Shown: piece after piece, positions 6,900-16,950 of the stretch
How positions within the stretch are numbered: the stretch's first letter is position 1
Layout of the letters: every line of letters begins with the position of its first letter
Sequence record: NC_011040.1
DNA: 39,816 nt
From: Escherichia phage BA14
Strand: one strand, 5' to 3'
Notes under the pieces: generated by a model
The model's input: only the letters and a program-made list of their open reading frames with translations
The model's database searches: none
Told to the model about the DNA's origin: nothing
Program-made: the position numbers and the translations under genes

Positions 6900-7976
6900 A
6901 TGGAAATCACATTCAAGACTAACCCTTTTAAAGCTGTATCCTACGTTGAGTCTGCCATTAAGAAAGCACTCGACAAAGCTGGCTACCTGATTGCTGACAC
7001 TAAGCATGATGGTGTACGTGGTAACATCGTGGTTGACAATACGGCTGACTGCCTGTGGCTATCCCGTGTCTCCAAGACCATCCCCGCGCTTGAGCACCTT
7101 AATGGGTTCGACCAACGCTGGGCTAATGTTCTCAAAGATGACCGCTGGATTTTCCCTGATGGCTTCATGCTTGATGGTGAACTGATGGTCAAAGGCGTAG
7201 ACTTCAACACAGGGTCTGGCCTACTGCGTACCAAGTGGCTCAAGAAGACAAACTGTGGATTTGATATTGGTGGAGTAGAGCCTCTCAAGGGGAGTAAAGT
7301 AGACTTCTGCTTAGACCCTAAGAAACTTAAGGTTGTCCTGTATGCTGCTATGCCGTATCACGATATGGTAGAAGGCAAAGAGTATGGCGTTATGTCCCTC
7401 CTGATGCAAGAGCATGTGCGTTACCTCATTCCGGTTCTTAGTGAACACTTCCCGGAAATCACTTGGGAACTATCTGAAGCCAAGGAAGTCTACGACATGG
7501 TAGAACTTCAGGAACTCTACGAGAAAGCTCGTGCTGAAGGTCATGAAGGTCTGGTTGTCAAAGACCCGCTGGAAGTCTACAAGCGTGGTAAGAAGTCTGG
7601 CTGGTGGAAGATGAAACCTGAGAATGAAGCTGATGGTGTTATCGTTGGCCTCAATTGGGGTACTCCGGGTCTCGCTAATGAAGGCAAAGTGATTGGCTTC
7701 GAGGTTCTCCTTGAGTCAGGTCGCGTAGTTAACGCCAACAACATTAGCCAAGAGTTGATGGACGAGTTCACCGAGAAGGTAAAGGAGAAGACACTAAGTG
7801 ACTGTGGGTTCTTCAGTCCATACGGAATCGGAGACAATGATGCCTGTACGCGTAACCCTTATGAGGGCTGGCAGTGTCAGGTAGCCTACATGGAGGAAAC
7901 ACCAGACGGTTCTCTGCGTCACCCATCGTTCGTTATGTTCCGTGGTGTCGAGTCAGACCCAACGGTCAAGATGTAA
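6900..7976 (+). CDS. 1.3: ATP-dependent DNA ligase (gp1.3)
   Basis: 358 aa; adenylation motif TKHDGVRG near the N-terminus; length and position as T7 ligase. Confidence 0.95.
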   Translation: MEITFKTNPFKAVSYVESAIKKALDKAGYLIADTKHDGVRGNIVVDNTADCLWLSRVSKTIPALEHLNGFDQRWANVLKDDRWIFPDGFMLDGELMVKGVDFNTGSGLLRTKWLKKTNCGFDIGGVEPLKGSKVDFCLDPKKLKVVLYAAMPYHDMVEGKEYGVMSLLMQEHVRYLIPVLSEHFPEITWELSEAKEVYDMVELQELYEKARAEGHEGLVVKDPLEVYKRGKKSGWWKMKPENEADGVIVGLNWGTPGLANEGKVIGFEVLLESGRVVNANNISQELMDEFTEKVKEKTLSDCGFFSPYGIGDNDACTRNPYEGWQCQVAYMEETPDGSLRHPSFVMFRGVESDPTVKM

Positions 7977-7986
7977 ATCAACATAT

Positions 7987-8020
7987 GGTCAGACTTTCGG
8001 GTCTGGCCTTTTCGTGTTTC
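7987..8020 (+). terminator. Intrinsic terminator after ligase (TE position)
   Basis: GGTCAGAC-tttcgg-GTCTGGCC 8-bp stem followed by TTTTCGTGTTTC. Confidence 0.6.
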
Positions 8021-8041
8021 TATTAGACTCACTATGGAGGA
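8019..8041 (+). promoter_or_regulatory. Phage RNAP promoter, divergent (tcTATTAGACTCACTATGGAGGA)
   Basis: Core GACTCACTAT retained, upstream half degenerate, initiating GGAGG as in T7 phi1.5/phi1.6 as I recall them. Confidence 0.5.
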
Positions 8042-8049
8042 ACAACCTC

Positions 8050-8130
8050 ATGCTATTTCTAATTATTGCTAGCGTTGCTGCCACGTTTGCCTTCGTTATC
8101 ATTGACGACAACTGCTGGCCTGATTGCTAA
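8050..8130 (+). CDS. Hypothetical 26-aa hydrophobic peptide
   Basis: ATG 9 nt after a GGAGG RBS; MLFLIIASVAATFAFVIIDDNCWPDC; lies between two phage promoters. Confidence 0.4.
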   Translation: MLFLIIASVAATFAFVIIDDNCWPDC

Positions 8131-8150
8131 TACGACTCACCTATGGAGGA
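8128..8150 (+). promoter_or_regulatory. Phage RNAP promoter-like sequence with altered -4 to -1 (TAATACGACTCACctatGGAGGA)
   Basis: Perfect -17 to -5 match, but four substitutions in the -4 to -1 melting region. Confidence 0.4.
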
Positions 8151-8157
8151 AACACTT

Positions 8158-8421
8158 ATGTTACGACTACACTTCAACAAATCAAATGGCATCTTCTCTG
8201 CCCGTGGCGCTGACCGTTCAACCGTTCTGGCCTCTGAGAAACACGCAGTCATTCCTAAAGTGCTTGGCTCGACCATTGAGTTGGCACCTCGTGTTCACGC
8301 TGTGATTACGACTGGCTTATATAAAGAAGCGACCACTGGCTCCCGGCCTTTCATTCCGGTTCTCGTCACCCGTTTCCCTAAAGTCCGTCTGGTGATTGCA
8401 CGTATCAAGGAGGTGTTCTAA
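8158..8421 (+). CDS. Hypothetical protein (gene 1.6 position)
   Basis: 87 aa from ATG 8158 with RBS GGAGGAAAC; the longer ORF-track start at 8143 lies inside the promoter and lacks an RBS. Confidence 0.6.
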   Translation: MLRLHFNKSNGIFSARGADRSTVLASEKHAVIPKVLGSTIELAPRVHAVITTGLYKEATTGSRPFIPVLVTRFPKVRLVIARIKEVF

Positions 8422-8792
8422 TGTCTGGTTGCATCGCATGTTTAGAGAAAGATGACCGCTACCCGCATACCTGCAAAACAAAGCACACCAGTGAGTGTAC
8501 AATCTGGAATGGTGCTGGTGTATGTAGTTGCACTAAGTCAGACAAACCACAAGATATAGAGGGTGTTCGGACTCCGAGCCACTATATGTTGTTTGATGAC
8601 ATTGAGGCTATTGAAGTGATTGCCCGGTCGATGACCCGCGAACAGTTCAAAGGGTACTGCTTAGGGAACATCCTTAAGTACCGCCTCCGTGCTGGTAAGA
8701 AATCCGAACTGGCATTCTTAGAGAAGGACATGGCGAAAGCTGGGTTCTACGGTGAACTGTACGAGAAACATAAAGGTAAGTGCTATGCTTAA
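8421..8792 (+). CDS. gene 1.7-position protein with N-terminal Cys cluster and a phage-typical C-terminal module
   Basis: 123 aa, RBS AAGGAGG; six Cys in the first 40 residues; the C-terminal pattern TPSHY...IEVI...LGNILKYRLRAGKK resembles a widespread small phage domain (DUF3310-like, from memory). Confidence 0.65.
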   Translation: MSGCIACLEKDDRYPHTCKTKHTSECTIWNGAGVCSCTKSDKPQDIEGVRTPSHYMLFDDIEAIEVIARSMTREQFKGYCLGNILKYRLRAGKKSELAFLEKDMAKAGFYGELYEKHKGKCYA

Positions 8793-8883
8793 ACCTAGCG
8801 AATGGTGTGAGCGTATGTTTGAAAAGACAGGCAACACCGACTACCTTGAATTATATAATCACTGGAAGGAGAGAGGACAATGA
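8785..8883 (+). CDS. Small protein (gene 1.8 position)
   Basis: 32-aa ORF bridging the 1.7 stop and the gene 2 start with overlapping start/stop codons. Confidence 0.45.
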   Translation: MLKPSEWCERMFEKTGNTDYLELYNHWKERGQ

Positions 8884-9071
8884 GCACTCTGAATAAAGGG
8901 TCACTGGTAAACGGTGACAAGAAGTTCTTCGCTACGGTAGAAGGCCAAGGCCAATCGTTCGAAGTACCTGTGTTCGCTACGTCTCTTGAAGAGGCCAATG
9001 AGTTAGCTGAGTGGCAATACGTCCCTGCTGGCTTCGCTGTAACACGCATCCGTCCAGACCGTAAGGTTTAA
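8880..9071 (+). CDS. 2: gp2, inhibitor of host RNA polymerase
   Basis: 63 aa; [19 protein letters not shown] matches T7 gp2 as I recall it. Confidence 0.85.
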   Translation: MSTLNKGSLVNGDKKFFATVEGQGQSFEVPVFATSLEEANELAEWQYVPAGFAVTRIRPDRKV

Positions 9072-9091
9072 TAGGACTCACTAATGGGAGA
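9069..9091 (+). promoter_or_regulatory. Phage RNAP promoter TAATAGGACTCACTAATGGGAGA (phi2.5-like)
   Basis: T7-family core overlapping the gene 2 stop; 5' leader GGGAGAcactaacgTTTCCC can fold. Confidence 0.75.
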
Positions 9092-9139
9092 CACTAACGT
9101 TTCCCACTTTTAACTTTCAGAAACTAAAGGAGAATCATT

Positions 9140-9838
9140 ATGGCATTCGCAAAACGTAAAGTATTCACTTCCGCTCGTGGTGTTGCTGAACCTTACTGCT
9201 ATCTGGCAAAGCCGGACTTCGGTAGTGGTGACTTCAAGAACGAACGTGGTGTCTACAAAGTATCACTGACTGTATCCAACGACGACCCTCGCTGTCAGAA
9301 AATGATTGACGAGATTGTCGAAGCCCACGAAACGGATTACGCTGCACGTCTGGAAGAGTACGAAGCGAACCCGCCGAAGGTAGTTAAGGGCAAGAAACCA
9401 CTGAAGCCATACGTTGGCGACATGCCGTTCATGGATAACGAAGACGGAACCACAACGTTCAACTTCAAGTGCTACGGCTCGTTCACTGACAAGAAGACTG
9501 GTGAGAACAAACCAATCGACTTGGCTATCGTGGACTCCAAAGGTAAGCGCATTCGTGGTGAGCGTCCAGCTATCTCTGGTGGCTCTGAACTGAAGATTAA
9601 ATACACTCTGTTCCCTTACGGTTGGTCTGCTGTGGCAGGTGCTTCCGTTAAGCTGCAACTGGATTCCGTGATGCTGATTAAGCTGGTCGAGTTCGGTGGT
9701 GGTGATGACGATTGGGGTGATGAAATCGAAGAAGACGGCTACGAAGCTGATGAAGCACAGACCCGCAAGCCTCAAAACGACTCTGGCTGGAATGAAGAAC
9801 CAGAAGAGGACGACGACGACGATAGTGGTGATTTTTAA
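9140..9838 (+). CDS. 2.5: Single-stranded DNA-binding protein (gp2.5)
   Basis: 232 aa; conserved PRCQKMIDEIV and GASVKLQLDSVML blocks and an acidic C-terminal tail ending DF, as in T7 gp2.5. Confidence 0.95.
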   Translation: MAFAKRKVFTSARGVAEPYCYLAKPDFGSGDFKNERGVYKVSLTVSNDDPRCQKMIDEIVEAHETDYAARLEEYEANPPKVVKGKKPLKPYVGDMPFMDNEDGTTTFNFKCYGSFTDKKTGENKPIDLAIVDSKGKRIRGERPAISGGSELKIKYTLFPYGWSAVAGASVKLQLDSVMLIKLVEFGGGDDDWGDEIEEDGYEADEAQTRKPQNDSGWNEEPEEDDDDDSGDF

Positions 9839-10284
9839 TGGCTAAGGGTTATGCAGGTCGAGGCACTCGTGTGGGTGCCTTTCGCTCTGGCTTGGAGGAC
9901 AAGGTAAGCAAACAGCTTGAGTCAAAGAACATTAAGTTCGACTACGAGCGTTGGCGTGTACCATATGTTGTTCCTGCAAGCAACCATACCTATTGCCCGG
10001 ACTTCCTGTTACCTAATGGCATCTTTGTGGAAACCAAAGGTCTGTGGGACAGTGACGACCGTAAGAAGCACTTGCTGATTCGTGAACAGTATCCTGAACT
10101 TGATGTGCGCATCGTGTTCTCTTCTAGCCGCTCCAAGCTGTACAAAGGGTCTCCGACCAGTTATGGCGAGTGGTGTGAGAAGCATGGCATTCTGTTCGCT
10201 GACAAATTAATTCCAGTTGATTGGCTTAGAGAGCCTTCTAAGTATGAGCCATTCCCAAAATTTACAGAGGTGAAGAAGGAATGA
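9838..10284 (+). CDS. 3: Endonuclease I, Holliday junction resolvase (gp3)
   Basis: 148 aa; VGAFRSGLEDKVSKQLES and PDFLLPNGIFVETKG nearly identical to T7 gp3 as I recall it. Confidence 0.95.
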   Translation: MAKGYAGRGTRVGAFRSGLEDKVSKQLESKNIKFDYERWRVPYVVPASNHTYCPDFLLPNGIFVETKGLWDSDDRKKHLLIREQYPELDVRIVFSSSRSKLYKGSPTSYGEWCEKHGILFADKLIPVDWLREPSKYEPFPKFTEVKKE

Positions 10285-10736
10285 GTAAGGTACAATTCAA
10301 ACCACGCGCCGTGTCAGAAGCAATCTTTGTCCACTGTAGCGCAACTAAGGCGACCATGAATGTTGGTCTGCGTGAAATCCGTCAGTGGCATAAAGAACAG
10401 GTCTGGCTTGATGTGGGCTACCACTTCATTATTAGCCGTGATGGTAGAATCGAAGAAGGCCGTCCGGTCGGTGTCGTTGGGTCTCATGTGAAAGACTGGA
10501 ACAGTAAGTCAGTTGGTGTGTGCCTCGTTGGTGGTATCGACGATAAGGGCAGACACGAAGCTAACTTTACGCCAGCACAGATGCACTCTCTTAAAGAGAA
10601 ACTGGCAGACCTGCTGGACATGTATCCAGATGCAGAAGTAAAAGCGCACCACGATGTGGCTCCTAAAGCGTGTCCAAGTTTTAACTTGAGTCGCTGGCTG
10701 AAGACTGGTGAATTAGTAACAAGTGATTGGGGATAA
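10281..10736 (+). CDS. 3.5: N-acetylmuramoyl-L-alanine amidase / T7 lysozyme (gp3.5)
   Basis: 151 aa; AIFVHCSAT, REIRQWHKEQ.WLDVGYHFII, AHHDVAPKACPSF match T7 gp3.5. Confidence 0.95.
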   Translation: MSKVQFKPRAVSEAIFVHCSATKATMNVGLREIRQWHKEQVWLDVGYHFIISRDGRIEEGRPVGVVGSHVKDWNSKSVGVCLVGGIDDKGRHEANFTPAQMHSLKEKLADLLDMYPDAEVKAHHDVAPKACPSFNLSRWLKTGELVTSDWG

Positions 10737-10740
10737 GATT

Positions 10741-10830
10741 ATGATGATTATTCATGAGATGGGCATGTACGATATGATTTACCGCTGTGTATTCGTTCTG
10801 GCATTGACCTATATCTTAACTCGTAAGTAA
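10741..10830 (+). CDS. Hypothetical 29-aa hydrophobic peptide
   Basis: ORF MMIIHEMGMYDMIYRCVFVLALTYILTRK starting 5 nt after the amidase stop; weak RBS. Confidence 0.35.
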   Translation: MMIIHEMGMYDMIYRCVFVLALTYILTRK

Positions 10831-10850
10831 TAGAACTCACTATGGGAGAG
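10828..10850 (+). promoter_or_regulatory. Phage RNAP promoter TAATAGAACTCACTATGGGAGAG
   Basis: T7-family core with G at -1; transcript starts with a GGGAGA...TCTCCC stem-loop. Confidence 0.65.
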
Positions 10851-10900
10851 CCGAAAGGTTTCTCCCTTTGTTCGCTAAAATTGTATAAGGAGTAACCACT

Positions 10901-12710
<1,810 letters not shown>

Positions 12711-12790
12711 GGCCAACGATTGGTTGTTGACAACTCAATGTAATTGCCCTTGGGACGCGCCCTGTGTGTGTCCTGAGAGACAGCCTGAAT

Positions 12791-12813
12791 AAATAGAACT
12801 CACTAATGGGACA
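12791..12813 (+). promoter_or_regulatory. Phage RNAP promoter aAATAGAACTCACTAATGGGACA (phi4.3-like)
   Basis: Core ACTCACTAATGGGA; 40 nt upstream of gene 4.3. Confidence 0.65.
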
Positions 12814-12856
12814 GACATTCTGTTCCCACTTATCAATCCACTTAAGGAGAAGCACA

Positions 12857-13069
12857 ATGTTTAAATTCATCAACACTCTCGGTAAACTGGTAGTTAAAAT
12901 GTACTTCCGTGAAGCTAAACGTCTGAACGACAAGGCACGTAAGGATGCAGAACAGGCTCAACGCTTGGCGAAACAGGCACGTCTGCTGTCTGAAGATGCA
13001 AGTGCTGGCGTTACGTCTGCTGCTAAGATTGCAGCGAAAGCAACCGACCTGAACAAGTTCTTCCTGTGA
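12857..13069 (+). CDS. 4.3: gp4.3-like small protein
   Basis: 70 aa from ATG 12857 with RBS AAGGAGA; MFKFINTLGKLVV...EAKRLND resembles T7 gp4.3 as I recall it. Confidence 0.75.
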   Translation: MFKFINTLGKLVVKMYFREAKRLNDKARKDAEQAQRLAKQARLLSEDASAGVTSAAKIAAKATDLNKFFL

Positions 13070-13248
13070 TGGTTACGATAACCCTTGTGCTCACTCTGAT
13101 AACTGTGAGCGGACAAACAATAAGTCAAGTCCCTATCACGGCACCGAAGGCTGAGGCATACGAGATATGCGAACAGCAAGGTCGCTCATGGTCTAAGGAC
13201 TTGATGAAGAACGGCAGGGTTTTCACTGCCAACTACAACTGCATCTAA
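13069..13248 (+). CDS. Hypothetical small protein with hydrophobic N-terminus
   Basis: 59 aa; ATG overlaps the 4.3 stop (TGATG); N-terminal VTITLVLTLITVSG. Confidence 0.45.
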   Translation: MVTITLVLTLITVSGQTISQVPITAPKAEAYEICEQQGRSWSKDLMKNGRVFTANYNCI

Positions 13249-13263
13249 TAGGAGTAACATAAC

Positions 13264-13566
13264 ATGGCTATTAAATTCCCCGGCAATACCATCCGTCTGT
13301 CCGATACCGTTGACCAGTATGCTCGTCGAGTGCACATCAACGTCCGTAATGGCAAGGTCACTCTGGTCTACCGTTGGAAAGACCATAAGTCCACCAAGGC
13401 GCACACACAGCGTGTAACTCTGGATGATACACAGGCAGGTCGTCTGCTGGCTTCCGTTGCTGTAGCCGCTACTGTGGCTGTAGGTGAAGACAAGGTTCGT
13501 GGTGTCCTGCTCGGTAAGACCGTCGAAGCTGAGGGCAACATGCTGGCTGAGAAGTCTGAAATCTAA
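13264..13566 (+). CDS. Hypothetical protein (gene 4.5 position)
   Basis: 100-aa ORF with upstream AGGAG; position between 4.3 and the R4.7/phi4.7 elements. Confidence 0.55.
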   Translation: MAIKFPGNTIRLSDTVDQYARRVHINVRNGKVTLVYRWKDHKSTKAHTQRVTLDDTQAGRLLASVAVAATVAVGEDKVRGVLLGKTVEAEGNMLAEKSEI

Positions 13567-13570
13567 AAGA

Positions 13571-13611
13571 GTTAAACTAAAGGTCATCTCCGGGTGGCCT
13601 TCGTGATTAAC
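13571..13611 (+). promoter_or_regulatory. RNase III-type processing hairpin (R4.7 position)
   Basis: GTTAAACTAAAGGTCATctccgGGTGGCCTTCGTGATTAAC, third copy of the 6301/6821 element, immediately upstream of a phage promoter. Confidence 0.6.
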
Positions 13612-13624
13612 TTTTGTATGAAAA

Positions 13625-13647
13625 CTATTCAACTCACTAATGGGAGA
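13625..13647 (+). promoter_or_regulatory. Phage RNAP promoter (ctattcAACTCACTAATGGGAGA)
   Basis: Core ACTCACTAATGGGAGA with degenerate upstream half; 9 nt upstream of the next ATG. Confidence 0.6.
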
Positions 13648-13655
13648 ACAACACT

Positions 13656-14072
13656 ATGCGTAATCGTAATGTAATCGAAGCTGAAATCTCTAAGCTGCAA
13701 ACTGAACTGGCTGATGTCAAAGAGTATGAATGTGCTCGTGACTCTGCGGTACACATCCTGAAGAACTTAGGGTGGACTCGCTCCCGTGGTCAATGGGTGA
13801 AACCTAAAGCCACTGGCGGTAGCGTTGGCTGTCAGACCTTTGATGCAAACAAGATGACTCACCTTAAGGCTGGGGACTTCTGCACCTTCACCAGCAACGC
13901 AGACATCTGGTATGTCCGTAAGGTCGAAGGGACAGACATTTGGTGCTCCCGTGTGACACGCATTGATGCAATGGGTACAGTCGCTGGGATTCAGTATCAC
14001 AAGATGAACCACAAGAACCTGCGAGTGATTGACCCGAAGAACTTCATGGGCTATCGCCGTTCAACATTTTAA
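13656..14072 (+). CDS. Hypothetical protein (gene 4.7 position)
   Basis: 138-aa ORF directly after the promoter; size and position as T7 gp4.7. Confidence 0.65.
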   Translation: MRNRNVIEAEISKLQTELADVKEYECARDSAVHILKNLGWTRSRGQWVKPKATGGSVGCQTFDANKMTHLKAGDFCTFTSNADIWYVRKVEGTDIWCSRVTRIDAMGTVAGIQYHKMNHKNLRVIDPKNFMGYRRSTF

Positions 14073-14101
14073 TAAATAAACACACAGAAGGAGATACTAC
14101 C

Positions 14102-14536
14102 GTGCATAAGTCTACTAAGATTCAGACGGTTGAATCCTTACTGTCTCGCACGGTTAGTGTTGAGGGCTGCTTGGAGTGGACAGGTTCCACAAGAGGTGGT
14201 TATGGTAGGGTGACAACTCAAGGAAAAGGATGGACAGTCATACGTTTAATTTGGACTCTTCAACACGGAGAGATACCAGAAGGTAACGTTGTACGCCACA
14301 CCTGCGACAACCCTAAGTGCTGCAACCCTGAACACCTTGTTGTAGGTACTCAAGGCGACAACATGCAGGATAGGTTTAACAGAGGGCGCTACTCGCTATT
14401 TCCACTGCCAAGTATGGTGGAAGCTCTTATCTCGCGTGGAATATCCCAAGCAAGTATTGCTGGATTCTTCTGCGTTAACCAAGGCCACATCTCTCGCATC
14501 CATCGTGGGGAGTATCGAGGTGCAAAGTGCTGTTAA
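14102..14536 (+). CDS. HNH homing endonuclease
   Basis: 144 aa from GTG 14102 (RBS GAAGGAGA 7 nt upstream); HNH signature RHTCDNPKCCNPEHLVVGTQGDNMQD. Confidence 0.85.
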   Translation: MHKSTKIQTVESLLSRTVSVEGCLEWTGSTRGGYGRVTTQGKGWTVIRLIWTLQHGEIPEGNVVRHTCDNPKCCNPEHLVVGTQGDNMQDRFNRGRYSLFPLPSMVEALISRGISQASIAGFFCVNQGHISRIHRGEYRGAKCC

Positions 14537-16641
14537 GTGATATTGAAACAAATGGTCTATTACACAATGTCTCGCAGTTTCACTGTGCGGTGACTTACGA
14601 CTACACAACTGACCAGTACATCCGTTATCGACCTGATGACTTTGGGGCGTACATTGATGCACTCGAAGCCGAGGTTGCTCGTGGTGGTCTCATTGTGTTC
14701 CATAATGGTCACAAGTATGACATCCCGGTAATCGAGTTGCTCGCCAAGAAACTGTTAGGCCGTGACGTTAAGTTCCCGAAAGAGAACGTACTGGATACCC
14801 TCGTGATGTCCCGCTTGATTTACTCTAACATCAAAGACACCGATGCTGGTCTGCTTCGTGCTGGCAAGCTGCCGGGTAAACGCTTTGGTTCCCACGCTCT
14901 GGAGGCTTGGGGCTATCGCTTAGGCGAAATGAAGGGTGAGTACAAGGACGACTTCAAGGCTTCACTGGCTGAGTCTGGTGAAGAATACGTTGATGGGATG
15001 GAGTGGTTGCTGTTCAACGAAGACATGATGGAATATAACGTTCAAGACGTTGTAGTAACCAAGGCTCTCTTCGAGAAACTTTGTAGCAACACATTCTATT
15101 TCCCTAACGAGACACCTGCTGGAAGCACAGAAGCAGAACGTTTCTGGAATGGTAGCCTTGAGGCTGTCAAACTGGAACACGATGCTGCATGGTTGTTAGC
15201 CAAGATGGAACGTAACGGTTTCCCTATTGACATCAAGTCCTTAGAGAATCTCTACGCTGAACTGGCTGGTCGCCGTGGTGAACTGCTGGTCGAACTGACC
15301 AACACTTTCGGTACGTGGTATCAGGCCAAGGGTGGCGTAGAAGCATTCCGTCACCCACGAACTGGTAAGCCTCTCACTAAGTATCCTCGTGTGAAGTATC
15401 CGAAACAGGGTGGCATCTTCAAGAAGCCGAAGAACAAGAAGCAACGTGAAGGTCTGGAACCCTGTGAACTGGACACTCGTGATTACGTAGAGGGCGCACC
15501 TTACACGCCTGTAGAGCACGTTGTGTTTAACCCTGCTAGTCGTGACCACATCACTCGTGTGCTTACCAAAGCTGGCTGGGTGCCCGTTGAGTTCACTCCT
15601 AGTGGTGCACCAAAGGTAGACGATGAAGTCTTAGAGCACGTTAAGGTAGACGACCCTGATGCACAGCGTTGCATTGAGTTGATTAAAGAATACCTTATGA
15701 TTCAGAAACGTATCGGTCAGGTTGCTGAAGGTGATAACGGCTGGCTCCGAATGATTGGAGAAGATGGTCGTATTCACGGTAGCGTTAACCCGAACGGTGC
15801 GGTAACTGGACGTGCAACTCATAGCTTCCCTAACGTGGCACAGGTGCCTTCTATCCGTGCTGCTTATGGTGAACCTTGCCGTGCTGCTTTCGGTGCCGAG
15901 CACAACATGAAAGACGGTAAGCCAGACCCTTGGATTCAAGTTGGTGTGGATGCGTCCGGCCTTGAGCTACGTTGCTTGGGTCACTTCATGTATCGTTATG
16001 ATGAAGGCGAGTACGTTGAGACAATCCTAACGGGTGACATCCATACGAAGAACCAGATGGCTGCGGGTCTACCGACTCGTGACAACGCCAAGACGTTTAT
16101 CTATGGATTCCTCTATGGTGCTGGTGCTGCGAAGATTGGACAGATTGTTGGTGGTACTGCCGAAGATGGTAAGCGACTCATCAAGAACTTCCTTGAGCAA
16201 ACTCCGGCTATCGCTGCGTTACGTGAAGCAATCACAGGGACACTCGTCAAGGACTCCAAGTGGGTTGGCGGCGAACAGAAAGTAACTTGGAAGCGCCGTT
16301 GGGTTCGTGGCTTGGATGGTCGTAAAGTCCACGTCCGTAGTCCTCACGCTGCGTTGAACACCTTGTTGCAGTCTGCTGGTGCACTTATTTGTAAACTGTG
16401 GATTGTCGAGACTGAACGTCTGTTACTGGAAGCTGGCCTGAAGCATGGCTGGGATGGTGACTTTGCATACATGGCTTGGGTACACGATGAAATTCAGGTC
16501 GCTGCAAGGACTCAAGAGATTGCCGATAAGATTGTCGAGTTGGCACAGCAAGCAATGCGTAATGTGGGAGACCACTTTAATTTTAGATGTCAGTTAGATA
16601 CCGAAGGTAAGACTGGCGCAAACTGGAAAGATTGTCACTAA
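14527..16641 (+). CDS. 5: DNA polymerase with 3'-5' exonuclease (gp5)
   Basis: 704 aa; N-terminal exo motif LLSDIETNG, thioredoxin-binding region, and polymerase motifs (YGFLYGAG, VHDEIQV) collinear with T7 gp5; apparent GTG start overlapping the HNH stop. Confidence 0.97.
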   Translation: MLLSDIETNGLLHNVSQFHCAVTYDYTTDQYIRYRPDDFGAYIDALEAEVARGGLIVFHNGHKYDIPVIELLAKKLLGRDVKFPKENVLDTLVMSRLIYSNIKDTDAGLLRAGKLPGKRFGSHALEAWGYRLGEMKGEYKDDFKASLAESGEEYVDGMEWLLFNEDMMEYNVQDVVVTKALFEKLCSNTFYFPNETPAGSTEAERFWNGSLEAVKLEHDAAWLLAKMERNGFPIDIKSLENLYAELAGRRGELLVELTNTFGTWYQAKGGVEAFRHPRTGKPLTKYPRVKYPKQGGIFKKPKNKKQREGLEPCELDTRDYVEGAPYTPVEHVVFNPASRDHITRVLTKAGWVPVEFTPSGAPKVDDEVLEHVKVDDPDAQRCIELIKEYLMIQKRIGQVAEGDNGWLRMIGEDGRIHGSVNPNGAVTGRATHSFPNVAQVPSIRAAYGEPCRAAFGAEHNMKDGKPDPWIQVGVDASGLELRCLGHFMYRYDEGEYVETILTGDIHTKNQMAAGLPTRDNAKTFIYGFLYGAGAAKIGQIVGGTAEDGKRLIKNFLEQTPAIAALREAITGTLVKDSKWVGGEQKVTWKRRWVRGLDGRKVHVRSPHAALNTLLQSAGALICKLWIVETERLLLEAGLKHGWDGDFAYMAWVHDEIQVAARTQEIADKIVELAQQAMRNVGDHFNFRCQLDTEGKTGANWKDCH

Positions 16642-16656
16642 TACAGGAGAAATATC

Positions 16657-16950
16657 ATGGCTATTACTAAACGTTTTAAAGTATCATTCGAAATGACCGT
16701 TAAGGTTGACTCTGAGACCGAAGTTATGATTCAGGAACGTATCTTAGACTTAGCTCGTAGCGTTCGTGATGGTGAGGAAGTTAGCGCACAGGACAAAGAG
16801 TTACTCGTACAGGCTCTTACTCATGGTGCCGATGGTGTTGTTGCCTTTGCTGTTAAGCAGGGCATTCGTAATGAAATCCGTGAGATGGGCATCGAGCACC
16901 ACGGTGAGGGCATCAAGTTCGCACCAGCAACTATCCGCGAGGTGAAGTAA
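16657..16950 (+). CDS. gp5.5-like protein
   Basis: 97 aa, RBS CAGGAGA; position and size of T7 gp5.5; N-terminus MAITKRFKV. Confidence 0.65.
   Translation: MAITKRFKVSFEMTVKVDSETEVMIQERILDLARSVRDGEEVSAQDKELLVQALTHGADGVVAFAVKQGIRNEIREMGIEHHGEGIKFAPATIREVK

Noticed and set aside
7942-8049. 5' portion of the 62-aa ORF 7942-8130
   Set aside because: Runs across the ligase stop, the TE-like terminator hairpin and a promoter; only the terminal 26-aa segment from ATG 8050 has an RBS.
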